The notes under the pieces are model-generated. The model was given only the letters and a program-made list of their open reading frames with translations, did not search any database and was not told the origin of the DNA. Below, in pieces: positions 1 to 11,147 of a stretch of 21,955 bases of DNA. The stretch's first letter is position 1; the number at the start of each line of letters is the position of its first letter. A program made the position numbers and the translations under genes. The DNA lies in contig SDNY01000058.1 in NCBI GenBank assembly GCA_004524535.1, positions 1 through 21,955 on the forward strand, written 5' to 3'. This DNA comes from Promethearchaeota archaeon. Lineage in GTDB: Archaea; Asgardarchaeota; Lokiarchaeia; Sigyniarchaeales; SOKP01.

Positions 1-4
1 AATG

Positions 5-143
5 TCAAAAATTTTGTTTTCTTTTCATTTTACTGCTTTTTTTAATTAGAATTGACGAAATTATACAAAGCACACAAATTAATAAGTGTATTTCATATCC
101 AGGAATTTCCATGTTTGGCTCATCATCATCGTCATCATCATCA
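5..143 (-). CDS. C-terminal fragment of a cell-surface protein with a Loki-CTERM/PGF-CTERM-like sorting tail (5'-truncated)
   Basis: Reads ...SDDDDDDDEPNMEIPGYEIHLLICVLCIISSILIKKSSKMKRKQNF*: acidic linker, IPGY motif, hydrophobic helix, basic tail. Beyond ~144 the frame is just the antisense of the + strand gene, so the track ORF 5..286 is chimeric. Confidence 0.7.
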
Positions 144-1110
144 GAAGGGTTTTTAAAATTCTTTCGTAAATCTATAGAATTTGTATTTGAATTAATTAAC
201 GGACGCCAAAAAATCTCTAATCTGACCGGTTTCAAGCGTGAGATTGTTACTGATTTAAAAAAGAGATTTGGATTTGCGGTTAACAACGAGTTCCATAGGG
301 ATTTTAAATTCTATTTAACAATCTTTATTTCTAGATATGTTTATGAGACGATGAAGTTACCCGAATTTGTTCCTATAATGGGTGGCGTTAATGAAGACCT
401 CACATTATCTCAAATAAATAAGTTAGCATATGGCCTAAAAAAGTCAATAGCTTATCAACAAATAAGACCAGATTGGTTAGAGGAGTTTAAAAAGGGGAGT
501 AAAAAAGAATTTATGAAAAAATACGATAAATTACAGCATGATATAAAGTCAGACCAAATTTATAGTGAAAGTTTTATGGATCATCTACGCTTTCTAATAA
601 AATCTGTTTTTAAACTTATTCATGGGAAATATAATGCATCGGATCTCCACGGATTTGAAAGTGCCATAGCAGAAGATTTGAAAGATAGGATCTTTTTAAA
701 ATTCGATATATCTCTAACAGGAACCTTCAAATTAAATCTGTTTATTATTCTCTCAAGATTTATTTTCTTTATTATACAATCATATGGGCAAAAATCACAC
801 TTAAAACCAAAAAATAATGAAATTGATGAATCTTTTACAGATAAAATAGTTAGTACCTTAAAAAGCAAAATATTAGCAAAGCGCATAAAAAGCGTATGGA
901 AAAAAAAGCTGTATAAAATAAATCAAAAAGATTTTGAAAAACAATATGAGAAATTTCAATTTAATTTAAAAACGGACCAGATTTATCGTGAAAGCTTTCT
1001 AAAATCTGTGAAAGGGATTATAATAACTGTTTTTAAATTGCTCTCCGGTAAAAATAAAAAATCAGACCTTTCAAAATTCGAGAGAGCAGTTATAATGGAT
1101 CTAAATAAGT
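144..1110 (+). repeat. Intragenic tandem repeat, 423-nt/141-aa period, about 2.3 copies
   Basis: EGFLKFF..VFELINGR (144), ESFMDHL..VFKLIHGK (567), ESFLKSV..VFKLLSGK (990); DQIY codons at 552 and 975. Confidence 0.8.
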
Positions 1111-2795
1111 TGAATATTACTGAAGAAATGAAAATTTTGTTTGAAGATAAAGGAGAAAATCATATTAGGATTAAAATCGAAAAAAGAGTAATTAGACATA
1201 TATATAAAACTCTGAAATCAAATTTTGGATATACAATTGAACAGATTGCTAATTTGATTAATATAAAACTAGAAACTTTTAGATCTGCTTTATATCGAGG
1301 TAATTCTCTTCCAAAGGTTGCATTTAAAAAGCTTGAAGCTCTTTATGGAAAAAAAATTCCTCATAAAAAAATAATTGGAAAAAATGAATTAATAATTCTA
1401 TTAAAAAATGCTGATTCTGCTGAACTGGTTGGAATATTATTAGGAGATGGTCATTTAAGCAATGATAAGACTGAAGTATCAGTAAGTCTTAATGGAGTAG
1501 ATGATCCAGAATATTTACGATATGTTATTAAACTTATAAGTCGCTTATTTAATATTGAAACTAAAAGTATTAAAACTGATACCTATGATGATAGTAAGTT
1601 ATCGCTAATTCGTCTTAACAAGCAAGCTTATCATAAAGCACTTATAGATTTAGGTTTAAAATCGGGAAATAAAGTTAAAAATCAAATAGATTCTCCTAAT
1701 TGGATTTTTCAAAATAAACATTTTATTATTAGATGTTTAAGAGGATTGACTGATACAGATGGAACAATTCAGATTAATAAAGAGTTTAGACGTTTTAGAA
1801 TAGTATTTCGAAGTGCATCAAAATCTTTGGTAAAGAGTTTTAAAAGAATGTGTAATATTTTAGGAATTCATACAGGTTCAGTATTACATACAAAAGTTTT
1901 TGATTCACGATATAATGAATATTATGATTCTTATCATGTTAGTATAAATTCAAAAAAAGATGTTAGAGAGTTTTTAAAGACAATTGAACCTAGAAAATTT
2001 AAATTTCGCAAAAAATATTATGGAACTTGGTTATTGATTCTCGAAAATCCTTTAATTTATAAGTTGTTTAAAAAAGAAATGATGCAAAAATTTCCAAAAG
2101 AGACGGATAGAATTTTTTCAAAAGAATTCTCAAAATTCCTATTTTCAAAAGCATCTGAATATCGTCTTGAATTAAGTAATTCCGAGTTTGATAGAGTGAT
2201 TGAAGAGGCCTTGACATATAAACGATGCATTTATTCGAAAGAATTAGGAAAATCTCTAGTAAAACTATATAAGAAACTAGGATCTCAAAATACTATCAAA
2301 GAATTTATTGAATTCTATGATACTTTAAATCCAATTCCAACTTCGAAAACAATAACAAAATTCATTAAGAAATACCTTTTTGAGAAAAAGAATATTGATT
2401 TTTATGAATGGAAAAAGCAATATACTTTTAATGGAGTAGTTTTAGATGCATCAAATAAAGTAATTGCCTCATTCCCTAATAAAATAAGAAGCATATTGAT
2501 TAAAAAAATATTCAAACTTTATTTAAATCAAGAGATAGATAAGACTTCCCAAATATTATATGAGTTATTAAAAAATACCAAAAATTCTTATCTAATCTTT
2601 CTTTTAGAAAACCAGAAATACAGTAAATCCTTTAGATTTTATTTAATAGAACTTATTAAGTTGGTTAAGATATTGATAGATATGATAAAGAAAGACCGAA
2701 TAAGAAGCGATCTATACCTTAAACAAAATTTTGGGATTTCATTTTCTACCTCAACTATATCATATATTAAAAAAGAAGTGAAAAGTCTTTTTTAG
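144..2795 (+). CDS. Large protein with 141-aa N-terminal repeats, HTH-like segment and two-motif LAGLIDADG endonuclease domain; 5'-truncated
   Basis: LAGLIDADG motifs AELVGILLGDG (~1419-1451) and LRGLTDTDG (~1737-1763); HTH-like YTIEQIANLINIKLETFRSALY before them. The track start MFGSSSSSSSS (111) is the antisense of the poly-Asp linker of the neighbouring fragment; the first repeat starts mid-unit at EGFLKFF (144). Confidence 0.8.
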   Translation, partial: EGFLKFFRKSIEFVFELINGRQKISNLTGFKREIVTDLKKRFGFAVNNEFHRDFKFYLTIFISRYVYETMKLPEFVPIMGGVNEDLTLSQINKLAYGLKKSIAYQQIRPDWLEEFKKGSKKEFMKKYDKLQHDIKSDQIYSESFMDHLRFLIKSVFKLIHGKYNASDLHGFESAIAEDLKDRIFLKFDISLTGTFKLNLFIILSRFIFFIIQSYGQKSHLKPKNNEIDESFTDKIVSTLKSKILAKRIKSVWKKKLYKINQKDFEKQYEKFQFNLKTDQIYRESFLKSVKGIIITVFKLLSGKNKKSDLSKFERAVIMDLNKLNITEEMKILFEDKGENHIRIKIEKRVIRHIYKTLKSNFGYTIEQIANLINIKLETFRSALYRGNSLPKVAFKKLEALYGKKIPHKKIIGKNELIILLKNADSAELVGILLGDGHLSNDKTEVSVSLNGVDDPEYLRYVIKLISRLFNIETKSIKTDTYDDSKLSLIRLNKQAYHKALIDLGLKSGNKVKNQIDSPNWIFQNKHFIIRCLRGLTDTDGTIQINKEFRRFRIVFRSASKSLVKSFKRMCNILGIHTGSVLHTKVFDSRYNEYYDSYHVSINSKKDVREFLKTIEPRKFKFRKKYYGTWLLILENPLIYKLFKKEMMQKFPKETDRIFSKEFSKFLFSKASEYRLELSNSEFDRVIEEALTYKRCIYSKELGKSLVKLYKKLGSQNTIKEFIEFYDTLNPIPTSKTITKFIKKYLFEKKNIDFYEWKKQYTFNGVVLDASNKVIASFPNKIRSILIKKIFKLYLNQEIDKTSQILYELLKNTKNSYLIFLLENQKYSKSFRFYLIELIKLVKILIDMIKKDRIRSDLYLKQNFGISFSTSTISYIKKEVKSLF

Positions 2796-2902
2796 TAATT
2801 AGTTATATATTAATTATTAAATATTAGTGTGAATATTTTAATTTTTAAAGAAGTATTAATTGGATTTTATAAATTATCAAGAAAAAAAAAGAAGTGGAAA
2901 TA

Positions 2903-3412
2903 ATGGATCGACAGTTAATGTCAAAAGTTTTATCTCAAATGAAAAAACATCTCGAAGAAAATAAAGAGATTGGCGACTTAAAGGTTGGTGCCTTACTAGC
3001 ATAAATTTTAGGTTTCCTAAAATTAATAGAATTAGGACATCAATTAGAAGCCATATTTTATTATTTAGGTCACGAATTAGGAACTATTCTAAGTGTTAAA
3101 CAAATTAAAGAAGTGAAAGATATTCCCGAAGAGTTGAAGAGTATAATTCCAAAGTATAATATTGGAGATATTATAATTACAGAGAGTACCAATGAAATTA
3201 TTACGCTAAAATTGAAGGGGCACTCTTCTAGTAAAGATCTAATTGGAAAAGGTATAAAAAGTGAAGGGAATTTTTGTTCTTTCGAAGCAGGGATGCTAGC
3301 TGGGATTGTTGAGCGAATGAGTAATGCTCACTGCTTTGCCCAAGAGGTAAATTGTGGTTTACAAACGCAAGAAGATGCATGCGAATTTATGATAGTATTT
3401 CAAAAAGATTAA
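2903..3412 (+). CDS. V4R-domain protein, predicted 159 aa after removal of a 30-nt intron (join 2903-3001, 3032-3412); otherwise a pseudogene with in-frame TAA
   Basis: ATG 2903 is in frame with track ORF 3113..3412; the only stop between them is TAA 3002-3004. C-terminal V4R pattern FCSFEAGMLAG...EVNC...CEF. Confidence 0.8.
3002..3031 (+). other. Candidate relaxed BHB mRNA intron (30 nt)
   Basis: Perfect 9-bp hairpin AATTTTAGG-TTT-CCTAAAATT (3004-3024); exon stem GUGCCUUA/UAGGACAU 7 of 8 pairs; central helix CUAG/AUAG 3 of 4; bulges CA|U and AA|U. Removal deletes the stop and keeps frame. Confidence 0.65.
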
Positions 3413-3525
3413 TTTTTTTTAATCATCCAACTTTTTTGCTATTATTTTTAGCTTTTTAAATACATATATATTATAGATTTTATATTATAACGATATATAA
3501 AATTAATCGAAAAATTTGATCAAAA

Positions 3526-4056
3526 ATGAGTAAAAGAACGTACGTTGTGAAAATTTGTTTATTAGGGGAAGCCAATGTTGGAAAAACTTCATTGGTCTAT
3601 AGATTTATTGAAAATAAATTTAGAGAAAACTATAAAAGTACGTTAGGGGTCAATCTTTTAAAGAAAGACCTTGATATCGAGGCTTTCGGTGAAGTTTCGG
3701 CTCAAATATGGGATCTTGGAGGTCAAGAATCCTTTAAAAGTTTAAGGAAATTATATTTAGAGGGAGCAAATGGCGGTCTTTTAATTTTCGATATGACAGT
3801 GAAGAAAACATTTGAGAAACTCAATGAATGGGTTCAAAGTTTTCAAGAAATCCGAGGAAAACAACCTTTATTGTTAATAGGAAATAAAATTGACTTAGAA
3901 AGTAAGATAAAAATTAAGGAAAACGAAGCTAAAAAATTTGCGCAGAAAAACAAAATGGCTTTCCTCCTGACGTCAGCAAAGACGGGCGATAACGTTGAAA
4001 CGGCATTTAAAAATTTGATCAAAACCATTTTGGAGGAAAATGTTGCTAAAAAATAG
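3526..4056 (+). CDS. Rab-like small GTPase
   Basis: G1 GEANVGKT, G3 WDLGGQ, G4 NKID, G5 TSAK; no C-terminal prenylation cysteines. Confidence 0.95.
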   Translation: MSKRTYVVKICLLGEANVGKTSLVYRFIENKFRENYKSTLGVNLLKKDLDIEAFGEVSAQIWDLGGQESFKSLRKLYLEGANGGLLIFDMTVKKTFEKLNEWVQSFQEIRGKQPLLLIGNKIDLESKIKIKENEAKKFAQKNKMAFLLTSAKTGDNVETAFKNLIKTILEENVAKK

Positions 4057-4261
4057 TTTTATATCTTATTTTTTCTCTTGTTTTTTTAAAAGAAAAATTT
4101 TTCATTTTAATAAACTCTTAAAATTTAATGTTTAAAGGTTTATTTATTTATTTTTAAATCAACCTTTATAAAGGAAGATTTATTTAAATAAAATTATAAA
4201 AATAAAACCATTTTTTTTCTAAATAGATTTCAATTCACAAATATCCACTTTAAATGTAAAA

Positions 4262-4909
4262 ATGTCAGATGAGGAATTTGATGAGGAAAACGATGAAGAA
4301 GAAGATCATGATTATGAATCTGATTTAGATTATAAAATAGAAAACGTTGTAGCAACTGTAAGTGTTGAACTTACAGAAAAGATAGACCTTAACCAGATTG
4401 CCCGGAAACATGCTGAAGTAGAATATAATCCGGAGAGATTTCCAGGATTGGTAATGCGGATCGAGAAGCCTCGAGCAACTATTCTTATTTTCTCTACTGG
4501 AAAAATGGTTGTAACAGGATTAAGAAAGGCTGTTGAGGCACCAAGAGTTGTTGAAAAAGTGGTTAAAAATATTAGAAAAGCTGGAATTAAACTATCTAAT
4601 CCGGAAATTACAATTCAAAATATAGTAGCCTCAGGAGATCTTCACACAAATATCGACTTAAATATGGCGGCGATTGTAATGGAATATGCCATGTATGAAC
4701 CAGAAGTTTTCCCCGGTTTAATTTATCGAATGCAAGATCCTAAGACTGTCTTTTTAATTTTTAGTACGGGTCGTATTGTTTGCACAGGTGCTAAAAAAAA
4801 GGAAATTGTAAAGGAGGCGGTTTTAAAACTAAATCAACAAGTGCGTGAATTAGGTGTCGCTAAAAAAGATATTTCTGAATCTGAATATCAAGATATAACA
4901 TTTATCTAA
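4262..4909 (+). CDS. tbp: TATA-box-binding protein
   Basis: Two TBP repeats (IENVVAT..YNPERFPGLV..LIFSTGKMVVTG; IQNIVAS..YEPEVFPGLI..LIFSTGRIVCTG) with an acidic N-terminus. Confidence 0.97.
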   Translation: MSDEEFDEENDEEEDHDYESDLDYKIENVVATVSVELTEKIDLNQIARKHAEVEYNPERFPGLVMRIEKPRATILIFSTGKMVVTGLRKAVEAPRVVEKVVKNIRKAGIKLSNPEITIQNIVASGDLHTNIDLNMAAIVMEYAMYEPEVFPGLIYRMQDPKTVFLIFSTGRIVCTGAKKKEIVKEAVLKLNQQVRELGVAKKDISESEYQDITFI

Positions 4910-4937
4910 TTATTTTAAAATAATTAGGATTGTTTCC

Positions 4938-5228
4938 TTATTTCTTAAATGAGCTATATCCTTTCCTATAGATCACATTTTGAAATTCTTTGAGAACGGT
5001 CTTATTAACTATTCCTTCAATATTATTGGTATAAAGGAGAGCTAATTCTCCTGAGATTTTATCTTTAAAACCAGCTATCTCAAAATGTTTTAATTTTTTA
5101 GAGCAAGAAATGTATATCGAATCATTTTGATTGTCATAATTTAACTCTGATTCGCAGATTGGACAATGATTGTCATCTATAGAGTGAATACTTTGCAATA
5201 ATTGATTAATTTCAAAATAATATAACAT
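4938..5228 (-). CDS. Small hypothetical protein with putative zinc ribbon
   Basis: CPIC...C...H motif. ATG 5228 (MLYYFE) is more plausible than the track's TTG 5300, which overlaps the acylphosphatase stop. Confidence 0.6.
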   Translation of the reverse strand: MLYYFEINQLLQSIHSIDDNHCPICESELNYDNQNDSIYISCSKKLKHFEIAGFKDKISGELALLYTNNIEGIVNKTVLKEFQNVIYRKGYSSFKK

Positions 5229-5296
5229 AATAAATGAAATTTCAAAATCCTTAAAGAAAATGAGTAATATATGAATAACATTTATTTTTTCTGGAG

Positions 5297-5569
5297 TCAA
5301 AAAGTATAGTCAAAGTTTGCAAACTGCTTTTGAGGATCTTTAAATTCGTAATCTGTTTTCTCAACTTGGGCATGTTTAGGACCTTTTTTGGCGAATTGTA
5401 GAAGTTCTTTTAATTTATCTTCAGGTCCCTCTGCTTCAATATATACTGATCCATCTGGCATATTTTTAACGTAGCCAGTGAGACCTAATTTACGAGCAAC
5501 TTTTCGTGTAGTATAACGGAAAAACACACCTTGTACTAATCCAAATACATTAATAATAATGCGCTTCAT
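5297..5569 (-). CDS. acyP: Acylphosphatase
   Basis: VFGLVQGVFFR, GLTGYVKNMPDGSV, GP..AQV signature motifs. Confidence 0.95.
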   Translation of the reverse strand: MKRIIINVFGLVQGVFFRYTTRKVARKLGLTGYVKNMPDGSVYIEAEGPEDKLKELLQFAKKGPKHAQVEKTDYEFKDPQKQFANFDYTF

Positions 5570-5596
5570 ATTGGGAATCTAATTTAATACTATTTA

Positions 5597-6730
5597 TTAT
5601 TTATTCCGTAAATTCTTCATAATTTTAATATTATCATCTAATTCTTCTTTAGTTATTTTTGGATGTATGTCCAACGCAAAAATTTCTCGGGTTACTTTTT
5701 CTACAACAGGTAGATTAAGCTTAGTATAATCAATTTCTTTTCCATAAAAGGGACATGACCATGGGCAACCCTTTGGATATGCTACTTTTTGTTGAAATAA
5801 TTTTGTTTGATATAACGGAACCGGATAAAGAACTTTGCTTTTAGGAAATTTTTCGATAAATTCTTCCTTGTTTAATCCAATTATTTCAGGATGAATTCTC
5901 CCAATCCAGTAATTAAATGCAGGTTCACAGTATTTTGGAACATAAGGAGGATCAATTCCTTTCAAATCTTTAACTTTATCTGTTAAATATTTGGCATTCT
6001 CATTTCTAATTTTTACATATCGATCTAATTTCTTTAATTGAATCCTCCCGATAGCTCCCTGAATTTCAGTCATCCGATAATTCCACCCTAGACGATTATA
6101 TACATACCAAGATGGTTCTCCATGATGCCTGATTAATCTACACTGCTCTGCTAATTTACTATTATTAGTAGTAATCATTCCTCCTTCTCCCGTAGTCATA
6201 TTTTTTGAAGGATAAAAACTAAATGCGCCCAAATCTCCAATTGATCCCACTTTTTTACCTTTATATTTTGCTCCGTGAGCTTGACAAGCATCTTCAATTA
6301 TATATAAATTATTATCTGCAGCAATGTCTAAGAGAGGATCCATATCAGCTGTTATTCCGGATAAATGAACCGGAATAATTGCCTTGGTTCTATCTGTAAT
6401 CTTTTTCTTTACAGAATCTGGATCTAACATATAGCTTTTATTATCTATATCAGCAAATATTGGAATTGCATTGTTTTGCAGAATTGAGCTGGCAGTCGCT
6501 ATAAATGTAAAAGGAGGGACAATTATCTCATCACCTGGGCCAATCTCTAGCGCTGCAATAGCAATATGGAGGGCTGCAGTTCCTGAATTAACCCCTATAG
6601 CATGTTTTACTCCAATATAATTTGCGAATTCCCTTTCAAAATTTTTAACAACCTCTCCTGCTAATAATGTTAGCATTTGAGATTCTATTACTTTAATAAC
6701 TTCCTTTTGTTCTTCTTCGGTAAGATTCAT
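5597..6730 (-). CDS. DegT/DnrJ/EryC1/StrS family PLP-dependent aminotransferase
   Basis: NSGTAALH, IIEDACQAHGA, FSFYPSKNMTTGEGG, GWNYRMTEIQ motifs. Confidence 0.95.
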   Translation of the reverse strand: MNLTEEEQKEVIKVIESQMLTLLAGEVVKNFEREFANYIGVKHAIGVNSGTAALHIAIAALEIGPGDEIIVPPFTFIATASSILQNNAIPIFADIDNKSYMLDPDSVKKKITDRTKAIIPVHLSGITADMDPLLDIAADNNLYIIEDACQAHGAKYKGKKVGSIGDLGAFSFYPSKNMTTGEGGMITTNNSKLAEQCRLIRHHGEPSWYVYNRLGWNYRMTEIQGAIGRIQLKKLDRYVKIRNENAKYLTDKVKDLKGIDPPYVPKYCEPAFNYWIGRIHPEIIGLNKEEFIEKFPKSKVLYPVPLYQTKLFQQKVAYPKGCPWSCPFYGKEIDYTKLNLPVVEKVTREIFALDIHPKITKEELDDNIKIMKNLRNK

Positions 6731-6782
6731 TTTAAACTCAGAAATTCTAGTGGTTTTATGGTTTATTATAAAATTTATAAAT

Positions 6783-6819
6783 AAAAAAAAGAATAGACCT
6801 CTTAAGAATGTGCTTATTC
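6783..6819 (-). terminator. Putative terminator: weak hairpin followed by U8 tract
   Basis: Minus strand GAAUA...UAUUC then UUUUUUUU, starting ~20 nt after the stop of 6840..7475. Confidence 0.4.
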
Positions 6820-6839
6820 AAAAATAGTGGATAGATTTT

Positions 6840-7475
6840 TTAAAATGATATATAATATTTATTATTGGCATTATTGTAGGCAACAATTTTATCTTTAATT
6901 AGAGTTTCAATAACGCTTTCTAACCAACGTTTACTAGTATTTACTTGTTTTTTAATATCTAAAAAACTTAGCTGATCATTTGTGGCTAATAAAAATAAGA
7001 TTCTACTTTTAACAGTTAAATGATTTGAATGTATTACTTTTTCAATTTTTTTTTCTAACTCATAAACTCTCATCTTCAGATCTGCAACATCATTGCTTAA
7101 TTTCATAATAACCTCATCTCTCGTTCTAAAAACATTTAAACTGAATTTAAATCTCCTTTCTAATTGTTCCTTTAATTCATTTTCATTTTCATATTTATAA
7201 AGATCTTTATTGAATTCTTCAAGAACAATTAAATAGTCGTTGCCTTCATCAAATTTATCTAATACTAAAACTATTACTACTTCTTTTTCGGAATTGTAAA
7301 AAGAAACGGAATTCCATTCTTTCTCTTCTGTTATAATATATGATTCCGTAAAATTATGCGCAATTTGAATATGTTGAACTACATTGTCAGGGATTTCTAA
7401 ATCTTCGGGAAATCTCATGTAAACTGTACCGCCTATTACTTGGTCCCATTTAATTATAAAAATCCCTTTGGGCAT
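6840..7475 (-). CDS. Hypothetical protein: longin/uDENN-like N-terminus, coiled coil, C-terminal winged helix
   Basis: GIFIIKWDQVIGG..FP start resembles longin/uDENN-type N-termini; heptad region LSNDVADLKMRVYELEKKIE; ILFLL..LSFLDIKK..LESVIETLIKDKIVAY wHTH-like end. Fold calls by eye. Confidence 0.6.
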   Translation of the reverse strand: MPKGIFIIKWDQVIGGTVYMRFPEDLEIPDNVVQHIQIAHNFTESYIITEEKEWNSVSFYNSEKEVVIVLVLDKFDEGNDYLIVLEEFNKDLYKYENENELKEQLERRFKFSLNVFRTRDEVIMKLSNDVADLKMRVYELEKKIEKVIHSNHLTVKSRILFLLATNDQLSFLDIKKQVNTSKRWLESVIETLIKDKIVAYNNANNKYYISF

Positions 7476-7644
7476 GGGTTTTTAAAAAAATTTTATTCGT
7501 TATCTATTGTGATTTATATTTACTTAATAAAGGTCTCAACTTATATTTTTAATTGAAATTTTTCAAGGTAAATCGTTTAATAAGAAAAATTATCTAAAAA
7601 AATATATATTACAAAATCGATTTTTTAATTAGAGAGGTTTCTTT

Positions 7645-7914
7645 ATGTCTGTTTATTTCGTCTATATTTTAGAAACAGTAGCAAGTAATGGTAGAAAAAG
7701 CTATTATACTGGATATACTAATAATCTTTTAAGAAGGTTAACGGAACATAGGCATGGACGAGGAGCGAGATATACTCGTGGCAAACAAAAAATTGAATTA
7801 AAATATTTCGAATCGTATACAGATAGAAAAGCCGCCATGAGACGTGAATTAGAAATTAAATCCTTTTCCAAGCAAAAGAAGTTAGAATTAATTAAAAACT
7901 TAAATAACAGCTGA
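7645..7914 (+). CDS. GIY-YIG nuclease (UPF0213/SLX1-like)
   Basis: YFVYIL...YYTGYTNNLLRRL.EH..GRGARYTR, AMRRELEIK. Confidence 0.92.
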   Translation: MSVYFVYILETVASNGRKSYYTGYTNNLLRRLTEHRHGRGARYTRGKQKIELKYFESYTDRKAAMRRELEIKSFSKQKKLELIKNLNNS

Positions 7915-7922
7915 TTTAATCG

Positions 7923-8738
7923 TTGGGAAAAAAAAATTTTTTAGTTTGTTTGGTTGGATTACCAGCATCGGGTAAATCTACTTTTGCTAACAAGTTGAAG
8001 GAATTATTAGAGAACAAATCTAATATTTTTAAGGTAAAAATTATAGATCCAGATGAGATAAGGGAAGATGTTGTTCCAGGTGAATTTAATCATAGCAAAG
8101 AACAAATAGTCCGTAGAAAAAACTTGGAATCAGTAAGAAAGATGCTAGAAGCAGGTTTTATTGCTATTAGCGATGATTTAAATTATTATACCAGTATGAG
8201 ACATGATTTAAAAAATATTGCAGATAATTTAGGTCTTAAATGTTTTATAATTCACATATCAACTCCACTTGAAACTTGCATAAAATGGAATGAAAATAGA
8301 GGGAAACCTATACCAAACAAAGTTATTATAAATATAGCTAAGAAATTTGATAATTTTGGTAAATACAACTGGGACATACCTCTTGCAAATTATGATCTCT
8401 CTCAATTGAAAGATTTAAATGAATCCGTAGAAAAATTAATTGATCTTTTTATTCGAAATCTAAAAATTTCAGAAGATTTAGCAAAAACTAATGAATTTAT
8501 TAAACAATCTTCAAATGTAAACAATGAAAAATTAGATAAAATTACGAGAAATATTACGGGAGATCTAATAAGAAATCCTAATTTTAGTTTATTAAAGAAT
8601 AAAATTATAAAATATCGAAAGATCTATGTGAAAAAGAATTTAAATACAGATTTAAGTGAGTCAGAAATTATAAAAAAATTTAATGAATATTTAGAAAAAA
8701 GTTTAAACATTAAAATTTCCTCAGATTTCTTTGAATAG
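7923..8738 (+). CDS. pstK: PSTK/KTI12-family P-loop kinase, likely O-phosphoseryl-tRNA(Sec) kinase
   Basis: GLPASGKST, ISDDLNYYTSMRHDL, WNENRGKPIP, KFD..KYNWD; TTG start. Confidence 0.75.
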   Translation: MGKKNFLVCLVGLPASGKSTFANKLKELLENKSNIFKVKIIDPDEIREDVVPGEFNHSKEQIVRRKNLESVRKMLEAGFIAISDDLNYYTSMRHDLKNIADNLGLKCFIIHISTPLETCIKWNENRGKPIPNKVIINIAKKFDNFGKYNWDIPLANYDLSQLKDLNESVEKLIDLFIRNLKISEDLAKTNEFIKQSSNVNNEKLDKITRNITGDLIRNPNFSLLKNKIIKYRKIYVKKNLNTDLSESEIIKKFNEYLEKSLNIKISSDFFE

Positions 8739-8835
8739 AGTATTATAAAAAATAAAGAAAAAGAAATTAAACCATAAATTACTTTATATACTTGAATTAA
8801 GATATTTTAATGTTATATAAGTATTTAAAATTTAA

Positions 8836-11130
<2,295 letters not shown>

Positions 11131-11147
11131 TAAATTTTTTTTATCCT

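Noticed and set aside
1400-2000. Intein
   Set aside because: No N-terminal C/S block or C-terminal HN-C/S/T motif seen around the LAGLIDADG domain.
3002-3004. Stop-codon recoding (Sec/Pyl or alternative code) in the V4R gene
   Set aside because: The codon is TAA, which ends many genes here; Sec uses TGA and Pyl uses TAG.
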